From: Chitinophagales bacterium
GTDB lineage: Bacteria; Bacteroidota; Bacteroidia; Chitinophagales; Chitinophagaceae
DNA: 64,000 nt
NCBI GenBank assembly: GCA_038209595.1
Contig: JBBQXO010000009.1
Coordinates: forward strand, 76-64,075
Direction of reading: 5' to 3'
Part shown: positions 8,090 to 18,444 of the stretch, piece by piece
How positions within the stretch are numbered: the first letter of the stretch is position 1
Layout of the letters: the number at the start of each line of letters is the position of its first letter
Translations under genes and position numbers: made by a program
The notes under the pieces: generated by a model
The model's input: the letters and a program-made list of their open reading frames with translations, nothing else
What the model was told of the DNA's origin: nothing
The model's database searches: none

Positions 8090-10600
8090 ATGCAACTTTT
8101 ACCCTTACGCAATTACTTTTCATTGCTCTTTCTCTTGTTTTTTATTGGACCAATTTGGGTAAATGCACAATCCGTACAAGGTACGGTTACAGATGAAGAT
8201 GGTAAAGCACTGGCTTTTGCCTCTGTTTATATAAAAGGTGGGATTGCGGGAACTACAAGCAACGGAGATGGCAAATATGTTCTGGAATTAACATCAGGCA
8301 ATTATGAATTGATTTCTGCGCATATTGGTTTTGAAAAGCAAGAGCGCAAAATTCAACTGAAAAGAAATGAAGTTCTCGTGGTTGATTTTACCCTGAAAAT
8401 ACAGGTGGTGGCCTTAGATGAGGTGGTTGTAAGGGCTGGTGCAGAAGATCCGGCTTATGAAATTATTCGAAAGGCTATTTCTTTAAGAAAAGAGCACCTG
8501 CAAGAAACGGCAGATATTCAATCGTTGGTTTACATGAAAGGTTTAATGCGTACAAAAAAAGTACCTAAACGTATTCTTGGACGGAAAGTAAATACGAATG
8601 AAGATGTGATTGATAGTACAGGTAAAGGCATTATTTATTTTAGTGAATCGCTTACCCGATACAGCAAGAAGAAAAACGGGGATTACCGCGAAGAAGTCAT
8701 TTCTGCAAAAGTCAGCGGTAACAGTCAAGGCTTTGGGTTCAATAGTCCGCAAACCATGGATTTGAATTTTTACGAGAATAATATCTCGATTTCGGGGCTT
8801 AACAGTCGTGGATTTGTATCGCCCATAAGCGACAACGCACTCAGTTTTTATAATTACCGCTACGAAGGTTCCTTCTATCAGGATGGACTGGAAATCAACA
8901 AAATCAGGGTATTTCCTAAAAGGTTATATGAGCCTCTTTTTAGTGCGGGTTTTATTCAAATTATTGAAGGGAGCTGGCGGGTGCATGGCGCGGACCTGTA
9001 TCTCACCAAAACCTCACAGATAGAAATTGTAGATACCTTGCGTGTGACTCAGGAAATGGTGGCCACAAAGCAACAGTTATGGGTGCCACAATACACCCGT
9101 TTCAGGGCTGATTTTGGGATTCTTGGTTTTAAGGCAGCGGCCGATTTTTCGGCAGTTTACAGCGATTACAACTTGAAACCATTGCCTGAAAGGTTCTGGA
9201 AAAATAATATTATCAAAATTATTGATACATCTGCCAATAAAAAAACCATTGCTTTCTGGGATAGCTTACGGCCGGTGCCGCTAAGCATAGAAGAAAGAGA
9301 AGATTATGTAAAAAAAGATTCATTGGAGAAAAAATTCAAGGATCCCGCTTACCTCGATTCTTTGAGTAAAATCTCCAACAAGTTTTCTATAATCGGTTTT
9401 TTATTGCAGGGGCAAACTTATTCGAGTTATAAAAAAAGAAGCAGTTTATTTGTCCCTTCTGTTCTTCGCTCTGTTTCATACAACACAGTAGAGCAATGGG
9501 TAGTGGACTTACAGCCTGTTTATTCCAAACGAACAGATACCGGCGCCTTTAGTATTTCTCCGCATGTAAGATTCAGTACGGCTACCAATCGTTTTAATTT
9601 TGATTTGAATGCTAACCGTCGGATTGGGGTGGATTATAAAAAACGAATCAACCTGAGCTTTGCCGCAGGGCGTAGCGTATTTCAGTTGAATCCGGTGTCT
9701 ACCTTATTGCCCCTGAATAATACCATAGGTACTCTTATTTACGGGGTGAATTATCTAAAGGTTTATGAAAAAGCATATGGACAGGTAGCCGCCTCTAAAA
9801 ATATAGCAAGAGGACTATCGCTCAGGCTGTCCATGGCATGGGAGGACAGGCAGCCACTTGATAATACCGATACCAGCTACCGATGGAACTCTTTTAAAGG
9901 AAGGGCTTTTACATCGAACTATCCAGAGGAACTTCCTGCTGGTTTTTTTGAGAAACACCAGGCATTTATTACCACGTCAATCCTTCGTTATCAGCCAGGG
10001 GTTAAGTATATTCAATATCCTTACCGGCTTGTTGGTACACCAAGCGAGGCTCCGGTTTTTACCCTATCTATTACCAATGGTTGGAAAAATATATTGGGGA
10101 GTGATGTAGATTTCGGGAAATGGGCCCTAAAAATGAGGGATGACCTGAACCTGAAGTTAGGGGGGGGTGTAACCTATGAAATTGAAGGAGGAGGTTTTTT
10201 CAACAATAATAATGTCCAACTACCCGACTGGCAGCATTTTATGGGGAACCAAATCATTGCTGCCGCTCCCTATGGCAGCAGTTTTCAATTGGCACCTTAC
10301 TATGCCAACAGTACACGCGACCGGTTTTATGCAAAGGGGCATCTGGAATGGCGATTAAATGGCTTATTGACCAATAAAATACCGCTGATACGTAGGGCTA
10401 ATATTGGACTTGTAACGGGTACCAATATGTTTTATGTGGATCAAAATAGAAATTATTATGAGGTTTTTCTGGGAATTTCAAATGTTTTGAAGGTATTTAG
10501 AGTAGATTTTGTGTGGGGTTACAATGGATTGGAAAAGCGATGGACCAATGGCATCAGGGTAGGTACCGGTGGGTTACTTACTGGAGATGGAGTGGATTAA
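8090..10600 (+). CDS. CarboxypepD_reg-like domain / DUF5686-family outer-membrane-associated protein
   Basis: Signal peptide, then GTVTDEDGKALAFASVYIKG (carboxypeptidase regulatory-like fold), followed by a long beta-rich C-terminal region. Confidence 0.7.
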   Translation: MQLLPLRNYFSLLFLLFFIGPIWVNAQSVQGTVTDEDGKALAFASVYIKGGIAGTTSNGDGKYVLELTSGNYELISAHIGFEKQERKIQLKRNEVLVVDFTLKIQVVALDEVVVRAGAEDPAYEIIRKAISLRKEHLQETADIQSLVYMKGLMRTKKVPKRILGRKVNTNEDVIDSTGKGIIYFSESLTRYSKKKNGDYREEVISAKVSGNSQGFGFNSPQTMDLNFYENNISISGLNSRGFVSPISDNALSFYNYRYEGSFYQDGLEINKIRVFPKRLYEPLFSAGFIQIIEGSWRVHGADLYLTKTSQIEIVDTLRVTQEMVATKQQLWVPQYTRFRADFGILGFKAAADFSAVYSDYNLKPLPERFWKNNIIKIIDTSANKKTIAFWDSLRPVPLSIEEREDYVKKDSLEKKFKDPAYLDSLSKISNKFSIIGFLLQGQTYSSYKKRSSLFVPSVLRSVSYNTVEQWVVDLQPVYSKRTDTGAFSISPHVRFSTATNRFNFDLNANRRIGVDYKKRINLSFAAGRSVFQLNPVSTLLPLNNTIGTLIYGVNYLKVYEKAYGQVAASKNIARGLSLRLSMAWEDRQPLDNTDTSYRWNSFKGRAFTSNYPEELPAGFFEKHQAFITTSILRYQPGVKYIQYPYRLVGTPSEAPVFTLSITNGWKNILGSDVDFGKWALKMRDDLNLKLGGGVTYEIEGGGFFNNNNVQLPDWQHFMGNQIIAAAPYGSSFQLAPYYANSTRDRFYAKGHLEWRLNGLLTNKIPLIRRANIGLVTGTNMFYVDQNRNYYEVFLGISNVLKVFRVDFVWGYNGLEKRWTNGIRVGTGGLLTGDGVD

Positions 10601-10672
10601 CATAAAGAATGCTATCTTGTATAGCAATACCCTTTCATTTGATAGGGTTATTTTTAAACACCAAAACATAAA

Positions 10673-12052
10673 ATGGCATTAATTAAATCGATTTCTGGAA
10701 TACGTGGAACTATTGGCGGTATTCCTGGTGCAGGGCTTTCTCCTGTGGACGTGGTAAAATATGCAGCAGCTTATGGCACCTGGATTTTGCAAAGAGGTAA
10801 AGGAAAAAAGATAGTGATTGGCCGGGATGGCCGTATTAGTGGTGCCATGGTTAGTTCTATGGTTTCCAACACGCTAATTGCATTGGGATTAGATGTTGTG
10901 GATCTGGGTCTGAGTACTACACCAACTGTTGCATTTGCAGTGCCGGCTGAAAACGCGGCCGGTGGCATTATTATTACAGCAAGCCACAACCCAAGTGAAT
11001 GGAATGCCTTGAAACTTCTGAATGAAGAGGGTGAATTTCTGGATGGGGAAGATGGAGAACAGGTGCTTTCCTTTGCCGAAGCGGACGCTTTTAAATTCGC
11101 GACTGTTGACAAACTGGGAAAGCTTACGCAGGATGACACCTATATGGTAAAACATATAGAGGCTGTACTGGCCTATCCTTTGGTAAACCGGGAAGCCATT
11201 GCCGCCAAAAATTATAAGGTGGTGGTAGATGCCATCAATAGTACGGGCGCACTGTTTGTACCTGCCCTTTTAAAAGCCCTTGGGGTAACTGCTATTACTG
11301 TTTTAAATGGGGAGATAACTGGAAAATTTGCCCATAATCCGGAGCCATTGCCCGAACACCTCAGTGATATCAGCCATAAAGTAATAAAGGAAAAAGCGGA
11401 TCTGGGAATCGTAGTCGATCCTGATGTAGACAGGCTGGCTTTTGTATGTGGCGACGGAGAGATGTTTGGGGAGGAGTTTACGCTGGTAGCTGTGGCCGAT
11501 TACATCATGAAACATAAGAAGGGGAACTCCGTAAGTAATATGAGCAGCACCAAAGCGCTCAAAGAAATTACATTGGCGCATGGAGGAGAATATTTTCCCA
11601 GCGCTGTGGGCGAGGTAAATGTGGTTACAAAGATGAAAGCTGTTGAGGCTGTAATTGGGGGCGAGGGTAATGGTGGAATCATTGTACCAGATTTCCATTA
11701 TGGAAGAGATGCCCTGATTGGAATTGCTTTGTTCTTGTCGCATCTGGCTACCTCCGGAAAAAATATCGATCAACTTCGTCGCACTTATCCTCATTATTTT
11801 ATTAGTAAAAATAAAATTGAACTAGGTAATGGGCTGGATGTAAATAAGATTTTTTCCGCCATTCAAAAGAAGTATAAAAACCAACCCATCAATACTGAGG
11901 ATGGGTTAAAAATAGAATTTGAATCGGATTGGGTGCACCTGCGAACAAGCAATACGGAACCTATTATTCGGATTTACAGTGAGAGTGATTACGAAAGCAA
12001 GGCAAATAATATTGCAAAAAGAATTATTGAAGATATCCGCGAATTGATGTAA
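10673..12052 (+). CDS. glmM: Phosphoglucosamine mutase
   Basis: SISGIRGT N-terminus, active-site TASHNPSEWNALK, DPDVDR metal loop. Confidence 0.88.
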   Translation: MALIKSISGIRGTIGGIPGAGLSPVDVVKYAAAYGTWILQRGKGKKIVIGRDGRISGAMVSSMVSNTLIALGLDVVDLGLSTTPTVAFAVPAENAAGGIIITASHNPSEWNALKLLNEEGEFLDGEDGEQVLSFAEADAFKFATVDKLGKLTQDDTYMVKHIEAVLAYPLVNREAIAAKNYKVVVDAINSTGALFVPALLKALGVTAITVLNGEITGKFAHNPEPLPEHLSDISHKVIKEKADLGIVVDPDVDRLAFVCGDGEMFGEEFTLVAVADYIMKHKKGNSVSNMSSTKALKEITLAHGGEYFPSAVGEVNVVTKMKAVEAVIGGEGNGGIIVPDFHYGRDALIGIALFLSHLATSGKNIDQLRRTYPHYFISKNKIELGNGLDVNKIFSAIQKKYKNQPINTEDGLKIEFESDWVHLRTSNTEPIIRIYSESDYESKANNIAKRIIEDIRELM

Positions 12053-12103
12053 TTCATTATTTCACGGTCTTTTTTTATAGCAGGCTAAATTTATATCAGG
12101 TAC

Positions 12104-13294
12104 ATGACCTCAAAGGAAAGGGCTGTTTTATTACTGCTTGCTGCCATCAATTTTACCCATATTCTTGATTTTATGATCTTGATGCCATTGGGTAATTTTC
12201 TGATGCCATATTTTGGCATCAACGCAGGACAGTTTGCAGCGGTGGTAGCCTCTTATAATTTTGCTGCATTTTTTACAGGCATTCTGGCTGCTTTTTTTGT
12301 GGATCGTTACGACCGCAAGAAAGTGCTGGTGGCGGGTTATATAGGATTTTTGATAGGTACCTTGCTGTGTGCTCTTGCTCCAACCTATACCCTCCTTATC
12401 TGTGCTCGTATTGTGGCCGGTCTTTTTGGTGGACTAATTGGTGCACAGGTATTGAGCATTGTGGCCGATCTGATACCCTATGAGCGCCGGGGCAGAGCCA
12501 TGAGTTGGTTGATGGCTGCATTTTCCATGGCCTCCGTTATCGGAGTTCCCCTTAGTCTTTACCTCGCAAAGTTTTTCAGTTGGCATGCACCTTTTTACCT
12601 GATTGTTGGGGTGGGATTTGTGGTGCTTATTGCAGTTATAAAATATGTTCCCTCCGTTACATCTCATCTTTTGGAGGGTAAGCCACGGGTCGATATTCTT
12701 AAAACCATCCGCACCACTTTTTCTGTGCCAACCCAACGTGCTGCTTTGCTTTTAAGTGGTTGCATTATGTTTGGTCATTTTTTAATCATCCCTTTCATCA
12801 ACCCGTATATGGAGTTCAATATGGGGTTCAGCCGTGATCAAACCCCAATTATTTATATGGTGGGCGGGGTAGTAACCATTATTGGTGGACTATATTGGGG
12901 CAGGCTGGCAGATAGCCATGGAAAGTTGAAGATTTTCACCATTGCTGGTTTTCTATCTCTTTTTCCTGTGCTGATAATAACCAACTTGCCGCCTGCCTGG
13001 TCTTTTGCTGTGGTATTGATTCCTTTCGGCTTTTGGTTTGGTATGGCCAATGGACGGACCATCACAACACAGGCGATGGTAAGTCAGGTGGTACAGCCCT
13101 CATCAAGAGGAAGTTTTATGAGTTTTAATAGTAGTGTGCAGCAATTATTTACTGGTGCTGCGAGTATATTGGCTGGTGTGGTAGTTTATAGCGATGAGCA
13201 ATTGCGTATTTACAATTACCAATGGCTTGGCTATATTAGTGTAGTCGTAATTGCAGTTTGTTTATTGCTTGCCCGCAGATTGGGGATAGATTAA
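12104..13294 (+). CDS. MFS transporter
   Basis: 396 aa, about 12 TM helices, DRYDRKK loop between TM2 and TM3. Confidence 0.8.
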   Translation: MTSKERAVLLLLAAINFTHILDFMILMPLGNFLMPYFGINAGQFAAVVASYNFAAFFTGILAAFFVDRYDRKKVLVAGYIGFLIGTLLCALAPTYTLLICARIVAGLFGGLIGAQVLSIVADLIPYERRGRAMSWLMAAFSMASVIGVPLSLYLAKFFSWHAPFYLIVGVGFVVLIAVIKYVPSVTSHLLEGKPRVDILKTIRTTFSVPTQRAALLLSGCIMFGHFLIIPFINPYMEFNMGFSRDQTPIIYMVGGVVTIIGGLYWGRLADSHGKLKIFTIAGFLSLFPVLIITNLPPAWSFAVVLIPFGFWFGMANGRTITTQAMVSQVVQPSSRGSFMSFNSSVQQLFTGAASILAGVVVYSDEQLRIYNYQWLGYISVVVIAVCLLLARRLGID

Positions 13295-13361
13295 AGAAAA
13301 GGAGAACGCATATATTTGATATTTCTTAGTTTCGGCATGTAAACCAATTATATCGTCATTC

Positions 13362-14336
13362 ATGGATTCACTATTTCAGGAAAGAACAGACCTAAACAGA
13401 TTAACAGAAGCCATTCAAAAAATAAGGGATTCTATTGGATCCATTGTAGTGGGTCAAACAGCTATGATTGATCTGATGGTTGCAGGCTTGCTGAGCGATG
13501 GCCATCTTTTAATAGAAGGTGTGCCCGGGGTTGCCAAAACCCTCAGTGCGAAGTTGCTGGCTAAAAGCCTGCAACTTCCTTTCTCAAGACTACAGTTTAC
13601 CCCCGACTTAATGCCGAGTGACGTATTAGGCACTTCTGTGTTTAATCCGAGTGATGCTCAATTTCAGTTTAAACGGGGCCCCATATTTTCAAGTATCATC
13701 CTTATAGATGAAATTAACCGGGCTCCTGCAAAAACACAATCCGCGTTGTTTGAGGTAATGGAAGAACGACAGGTAACCATTGATGGCACCACTTATCCGA
13801 TGATTTCTCCATTTCTGGTAATAGCTACACAAAATCCTATTGAGCAGGAAGGCACTTATCGTTTACCCGAAGCTCAGCTTGATCGCTTTCTTTTTAAAAT
13901 TAATGTAGACTATCCTACACTCGAAGAAGAAATATTGATTCTGGAAAAGCAACAATTTCAACAGGCTGGAGATCTTTTAAAAGAAGTACAACCCGTGCTG
14001 ACTCCGGAAGATATTGCTGTGTTTCGTCACATGGTTCGTCAAATGGTAGTGGAGCCTAAACTGTTGCGTTATATCGCTTCTATTGTTGCAGAAACCCGTA
14101 ACAATGGTGATTTGTATCTTGGCGCCTCTCCCAGGGCCTCCTTAAGTATTTTGCAGGCTTCAAAGGCGATTGCGGGCATCCGGGGGCGGGATTTTGTTCT
14201 GCCCGATGATATTCTTGAAGTAGCACCGGCAGTTCTGCGACACCGTATTATTCTAACTCCAGAGAAAGAAATGGAAGGACTTACCCCGGAAAACATGATT
14301 GCACAAATGATTGAAAGGGTAGAAGTACCCAGATAA
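13362..14336 (+). CDS. MoxR-family AAA+ ATPase
   Basis: Walker A GVPGVAKT, Walker B LIDEINRAPAKTQSALFEVMEERQVTIDG, length 324 aa. Confidence 0.9.
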   Translation: MDSLFQERTDLNRLTEAIQKIRDSIGSIVVGQTAMIDLMVAGLLSDGHLLIEGVPGVAKTLSAKLLAKSLQLPFSRLQFTPDLMPSDVLGTSVFNPSDAQFQFKRGPIFSSIILIDEINRAPAKTQSALFEVMEERQVTIDGTTYPMISPFLVIATQNPIEQEGTYRLPEAQLDRFLFKINVDYPTLEEEILILEKQQFQQAGDLLKEVQPVLTPEDIAVFRHMVRQMVVEPKLLRYIASIVAETRNNGDLYLGASPRASLSILQASKAIAGIRGRDFVLPDDILEVAPAVLRHRIILTPEKEMEGLTPENMIAQMIERVEVPR

Positions 14337-14418
14337 TAAATAATACTTATCAGGTAAAAAAGGGGAGGGAGAATATTTTACTGAATTTCGAATAATACTT
14401 TTTTGTTTTTAAATCTAT

Positions 14419-14458
14419 AAAAAAAAGAGGCGTTTCAACCAGTGAAACGCCTCTTTGT
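14419..14458. terminator. Bidirectional intrinsic terminator between the convergent moxR-like gene and rpsA
   Basis: AAAGAGGCGTTTCA-ACCAG-TGAAACGCCTCTTT stem-loop, with an A-tract on one side and a T-tract on the other. Confidence 0.75.
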
Positions 14459-14487
14459 ATGAAGAGATTTACAAGATAATTTTACAA

Positions 14488-16551
14488 TTACTCGGGGGTC
14501 TCGTTTTCGTCGTCTTTCAGTTTTTTGCGAAGATCAGCCAGAACGCCCAGATCACCCAAAGTGGTCTTTTCAACCTTGCTTTGAAGCGTCTTAACAGCCT
14601 TCTTGGTTTTTTCAGTTTCCGCAGCACGCTCTTTGCGCTCTGCAGCTACTTCTTCCTGCTTCACTTTTTCCCAGATGCGGGAATGGCTAAGTACGATCCG
14701 CTTTTCGTTGCGGTCGAACTCAATTACCATAAACTCAGTGGTCTCATCAAGGTTAACGGTAGTACCTTCTTCCTTGCTGAGGTGACGGGCAGGAGCAAAT
14801 CCTTCCAAACCATAAGGCAAGCTTACCAAAGCACCTTTGTCATCCTTACGGGTAACGGTACCTTCGTGCAGCGATCCTACAGGGAAAGTTTCACCAAGAG
14901 AATTCCATGGATCTTCTTCCAGTTGCTTATGTCCTAACTGCAACTTACGGCCATCCTTATCAATGTTGAGGATAATCACTTCAATAGGTTCTCCTACCTT
15001 GGTATACTCACTAGGATGGTTCAAGCGCTTCAACCAGCTCAGGTCGCTGATGTGGATCATTCCACCGATACCAGGCTTCAGTTCAACAAATACACCATAA
15101 GGAGTAATGTTTTTAACCACACCATCGTGACGGCTATCGGTTGGATAGATGTTTTCGATTGTGCTCCAAGGATCGTCTGTCATCTGCTTGATACTCAGGC
15201 TCATCTTGCGGTTTTCCTTATCAAGGGTTACCACTTTGGCTTCGTGCTCATCATTCAGCTTAAAGAATTCCTTCGCATTTACAGGGGTATTGGCCCAGGT
15301 AATTTCACTTACGTGTACCAGACCTTCTACACCCGGCATGATTTCGAGGAACGCACCGTAATCTTCAATATTTACAACCTTACCTTTTACCACTTCTCCC
15401 TCATTCATTCCTTCTGGAAGTACATCCCATGGGTGAGGAGTCAATTGCTTCAGGCCAAGACTAATACGCTTTTTGTCATCATCAAAGTCAAGTACTACCA
15501 CGTTCAGTTTCTGATCTAGTTTCAACACCTCACTTGGATGGTTGATTCGGCCCCAGCTGATATCTGTTATATACAACAGACCGTCTAAGCCACCAAGATC
15601 CATGAACGCACCAAAGTCGGTGATGTTCTTGATCGTTCCTTCCAGAACCTGGCCTTTTTCAAGCTTCGCCATAATCTCAGCACGCTGTGCTTCGATATCG
15701 CTTTCAATCAGTGCTTTGTGACTTACAACGGCGTTCTTAATGGTTTCATTTACCTTAACCACTTTGAATTCCATGGTTTTGTTCACAAACTGATCGTAGT
15801 CAGTTACAGGCTTCACGTCAATTTGAGAGCCCGGCAGGAAGGTTTCCATACCAAATACATCAACGATCAAACCACCTTTCGTTTTGCTGGTAACAGTACC
15901 GGTAACCACTTCACCTGTGCGGTGTGCGTCCACAATACGTTCCCATGCACGGGAGATACGAGCCTGACGACGGCTAAGGTTCAGATTGCCATCGCGATCC
16001 TCTTTTTCAACCACCATGATTTCAACTTCATCACCCACTTTAATGGGTGTGTCGCGGAATTCATTTAAGCTGATCAGACCATCGCTTTTGAAACCAATGT
16101 TGATTACTGCATCTGTGTTGGTCAATCCTACTACGATACCTACCACCATTTCGTTGTCGGTAATAGAACGGAATGTTTCATCATACACTTTGTCATACTT
16201 TTCACGGTCTGCCTTGCTGTACACGCTTACATTCCTCTTGTCAATACTCCAGTCGAAATCGTCATGAGCAGTAGCCAATACTTCGGCTACCGGCAACTCG
16301 ATGGCAGCTGGCTGTACATCCAAATCAGGAAATTCAACAGATTCGTCTACGGTAAATGCTCCACTTACTTCGGGTGTTGCTTCTACTACATCGGATGTTG
16401 GCTCCGCTACTTCTGGAGTTGCCTCTGCAACTTCAGAAGCGGCCTCCGCTTCAGGTGCTTTTGTTGTCGCAGTAGGGGTGTTGTCAGCCTCGGGGGCCGC
16501 ACCACCTGTCTCCTGTGCATCTGCGTTTAGTTGTTTGTTTAATAATAACAT
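14488..16551 (-). CDS. rpsA: 30S ribosomal protein S1 with an acidic low-complexity N-terminal extension
   Basis: Six S1-like OB repeats (e.g. GxVVxGxV...GGLxVD, ISW/LSW motifs), 687 aa. The only ATG upstream of the first S1 domain is at 16551. Confidence 0.92.
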   Translation of the reverse strand: MLLLNKQLNADAQETGGAAPEADNTPTATTKAPEAEAASEVAEATPEVAEPTSDVVEATPEVSGAFTVDESVEFPDLDVQPAAIELPVAEVLATAHDDFDWSIDKRNVSVYSKADREKYDKVYDETFRSITDNEMVVGIVVGLTNTDAVINIGFKSDGLISLNEFRDTPIKVGDEVEIMVVEKEDRDGNLNLSRRQARISRAWERIVDAHRTGEVVTGTVTSKTKGGLIVDVFGMETFLPGSQIDVKPVTDYDQFVNKTMEFKVVKVNETIKNAVVSHKALIESDIEAQRAEIMAKLEKGQVLEGTIKNITDFGAFMDLGGLDGLLYITDISWGRINHPSEVLKLDQKLNVVVLDFDDDKKRISLGLKQLTPHPWDVLPEGMNEGEVVKGKVVNIEDYGAFLEIMPGVEGLVHVSEITWANTPVNAKEFFKLNDEHEAKVVTLDKENRKMSLSIKQMTDDPWSTIENIYPTDSRHDGVVKNITPYGVFVELKPGIGGMIHISDLSWLKRLNHPSEYTKVGEPIEVIILNIDKDGRKLQLGHKQLEEDPWNSLGETFPVGSLHEGTVTRKDDKGALVSLPYGLEGFAPARHLSKEEGTTVNLDETTEFMVIEFDRNEKRIVLSHSRIWEKVKQEEVAAERKERAAETEKTKKAVKTLQSKVEKTTLGDLGVLADLRKKLKDDENETPE

Positions 16552-16585
16552 GCGATACTCCCGATGGTTTTTTATTCGGGGGGGG

Positions 16586-16593
16586 CAAAGGTA
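16586..16593 (-). promoter_or_regulatory. Bacteroidota-type -7 promoter box (TAccTTTG) upstream of rpsA
   Basis: Exact match to TAnnTTTG, 35 nt upstream of the rpsA ATG. I saw no convincing -33 TTTG. Confidence 0.4.
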
Positions 16594-16627
16594 GGTAAAT
16601 TAGCCCATTTATCCATGGTTTTACCCA

Positions 16628-16663
16628 AGAAAGAACCCCTACCAAATGGCAGGGGTTCTTTCT
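16628..16663 (-). terminator. Hairpin terminator downstream of the fasciclin gene
   Basis: AGAAAGAACCCCT(A/G)CC arms with a 4-nt loop, 20 nt after the stop codon. Confidence 0.55.
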
Positions 16664-16684
16664 AAAAATTAATCAAAACAATCC

Positions 16685-17227
16685 TTATTTAGGCATAACA
16701 ACCGTATCAATTACATGTACGATTCCGTTAGTGCCTTTTATATCGGTAGCAACAACCGTTGAATATCCACCTTTTTCGTCTATCAGAACTACTTTTCCGT
16801 CTTTCACCATAGCAGTCAATTTTCCACCCTGAACAGTGGTAAGTACAGCTTTTCCTTCACCGGCTTCAATAGCCTTACCAACCGCAGCTGCATCAATATT
16901 TCCGGCCACCACATGATAGGTAAGAATTGAACTAAGCGTAGCCTTGTTGGCTGGCTCAAGCAAGCTCGCAACGGTTCCTTCGGGCAATTTGTCAAAAGCT
17001 GCATTGATTGGAGCAAATACAGTAAAAGGCCCGTCACCGCTTAAAGTTTCAACCAATCCGGCAGCTTTTACAGCCGCTACCAATGTAGAGTGATCTTTTG
17101 AACCTACGGCAATATCTACTACCGTTTGAGCAGAGGCAGTTGCAGCTACTCCTAACATCATGGCTAAGGCCAAAGTGGCCGTTGTAAATTTTTTCATTTT
17201 GTTTAATGTTTTTGTTGCAGATTTCAA
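16685..17227 (-). CDS. Fasciclin (FAS1) domain protein, secreted
   Basis: Signal peptide; [45 protein letters not shown] motifs. Confidence 0.88.
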   Translation of the reverse strand: MKSATKTLNKMKKFTTATLALAMMLGVAATASAQTVVDIAVGSKDHSTLVAAVKAAGLVETLSGDGPFTVFAPINAAFDKLPEGTVASLLEPANKATLSSILTYHVVAGNIDAAAVGKAIEAGEGKAVLTTVQGGKLTAMVKDGKVVLIDEKGGYSTVVATDIKGTNGIVHVIDTVVMPK

Positions 17228-17346
17228 CGTTTGATGTTTAAGAAGGTTGGCAAATACCTTGCTATTAGGATAACTTTAGTATATCATTTTTATGAAAGAC
17301 TGCCTGATTCACAATAAGAAGAAGATATACTGCGGAAAATGCATCC

Positions 17347-18432
17347 TTATTTAGGGGCTCGCATATAAAGAATGACTGCTACAACCATAAAAATCAGGTT
17401 TGGTGTCCATGCTGCCAACAGTGGTGGAAAATTACCTTTGGTGCTAAATATAGTACTGAAACGGTCTGTCAATATAAAAAGGGAAGCGGTAATAAATCCT
17501 ATGGCTATATGGAAGCCACTCCCCCCCCGAACCTTGCGTGACGAAACCGAAACGCCAATAACTGTTAAGATGATAATGGAGACCGGAGAAGCATCCCGCC
17601 GGTAACGTTCCACAATCAAATCATTGATTCCCTCTTTGCCCCTCAGCTTTTCCTTGGTAATTAATTCACTTAGTTCCGGCGTTGTCAATACGTCTTTGGT
17701 GAATTCAGTTTTTACAAACTCATTGGGTTTAAAATTCAAATCGATGTAAAGGCTGTCCAATGAGGATATGGTCTCCTTATTGTCATTGATGGTTCTTACA
17801 ATCACACTTTGCAGCAACCAATTATTGGTGGAAGTATCGAAGATGAGATATTCACTTCGGATATTTTTCACCAGCTTGTTATTTTTTATTTCCTGAAGTA
17901 TAAAGGAAGAACCTCTTTTGGTAGCGGTATCAAAATAGGATACCTGTCCGTAATGGGTAGAGTCGTTTCGGAAGTACATGGCACTGCCACTATTGGTAGT
18001 ATAATTATTTTTATCAATATAGCGGGTCTGAAATTCGGTACGTAATATATTGGCCTTAGGAATTACATAGCGGTTTCCTAACCAAAGAACCATAGCGAAA
18101 ACAAATGCACCAATCCAATAAGGTCTCAAAAACCTGTTGAAAGAGGTTCCGCTAGCAAGAATGGCAACAATTTCGCTTCGACCAGCCATTTTTGAAGTGA
18201 AAAATATAATGGAGATAAATACAAAAAGTGGGAAAAGCATACTCACTATATGTGGAATGAATCCTATGTAATACTTGGTAATTATCTCACCGGTGCTCAA
18301 GCCGGAGCTTACAAAATCATCTGCTTTTTCGCTTATATCTATTACCACGGTGATAAAAGTGAGCAAAATAATGGCATACAAAAATGTTGCAAAAAACTTT
18401 TTGAGAATATATCGGTCGATGATCTTTAGCAC
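17347..18432 (-). CDS. LptF/LptG (YjgP/YjgQ) family LPS export permease
   Basis: 361 aa starting MLKIIDRYILKKF, TM-periplasmic domain-TM topology. Confidence 0.85.
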   Translation of the reverse strand: MLKIIDRYILKKFFATFLYAIILLTFITVVIDISEKADDFVSSGLSTGEIITKYYIGFIPHIVSMLFPLFVFISIIFFTSKMAGRSEIVAILASGTSFNRFLRPYWIGAFVFAMVLWLGNRYVIPKANILRTEFQTRYIDKNNYTTNSGSAMYFRNDSTHYGQVSYFDTATKRGSSFILQEIKNNKLVKNIRSEYLIFDTSTNNWLLQSVIVRTINDNKETISSLDSLYIDLNFKPNEFVKTEFTKDVLTTPELSELITKEKLRGKEGINDLIVERYRRDASPVSIIILTVIGVSVSSRKVRGGSGFHIAIGFITASLFILTDRFSTIFSTKGNFPPLLAAWTPNLIFMVVAVILYMRAPK

Positions 18433-18444
18433 AGATAATTGAGA

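Noticed and set aside
10160-10167. G8/C8 homopolymer tracts as possible phase-variation switches: 10160-10167 in the DUF5686 gene, 17521-17528 in the lptF/G-like gene, 16578-16585 in the rpsA leader, and G7 at 53936-53942.
   Set aside because: The coding tracts all encode Gly-Gly-Gly in frame. Two of the tracts are associated with genes that are probably essential, one inside lptF/G and one in the rpsA leader. There is no evidence here of alternative frames giving functional products. They are more likely neutral, or hot spots for sequencing error.
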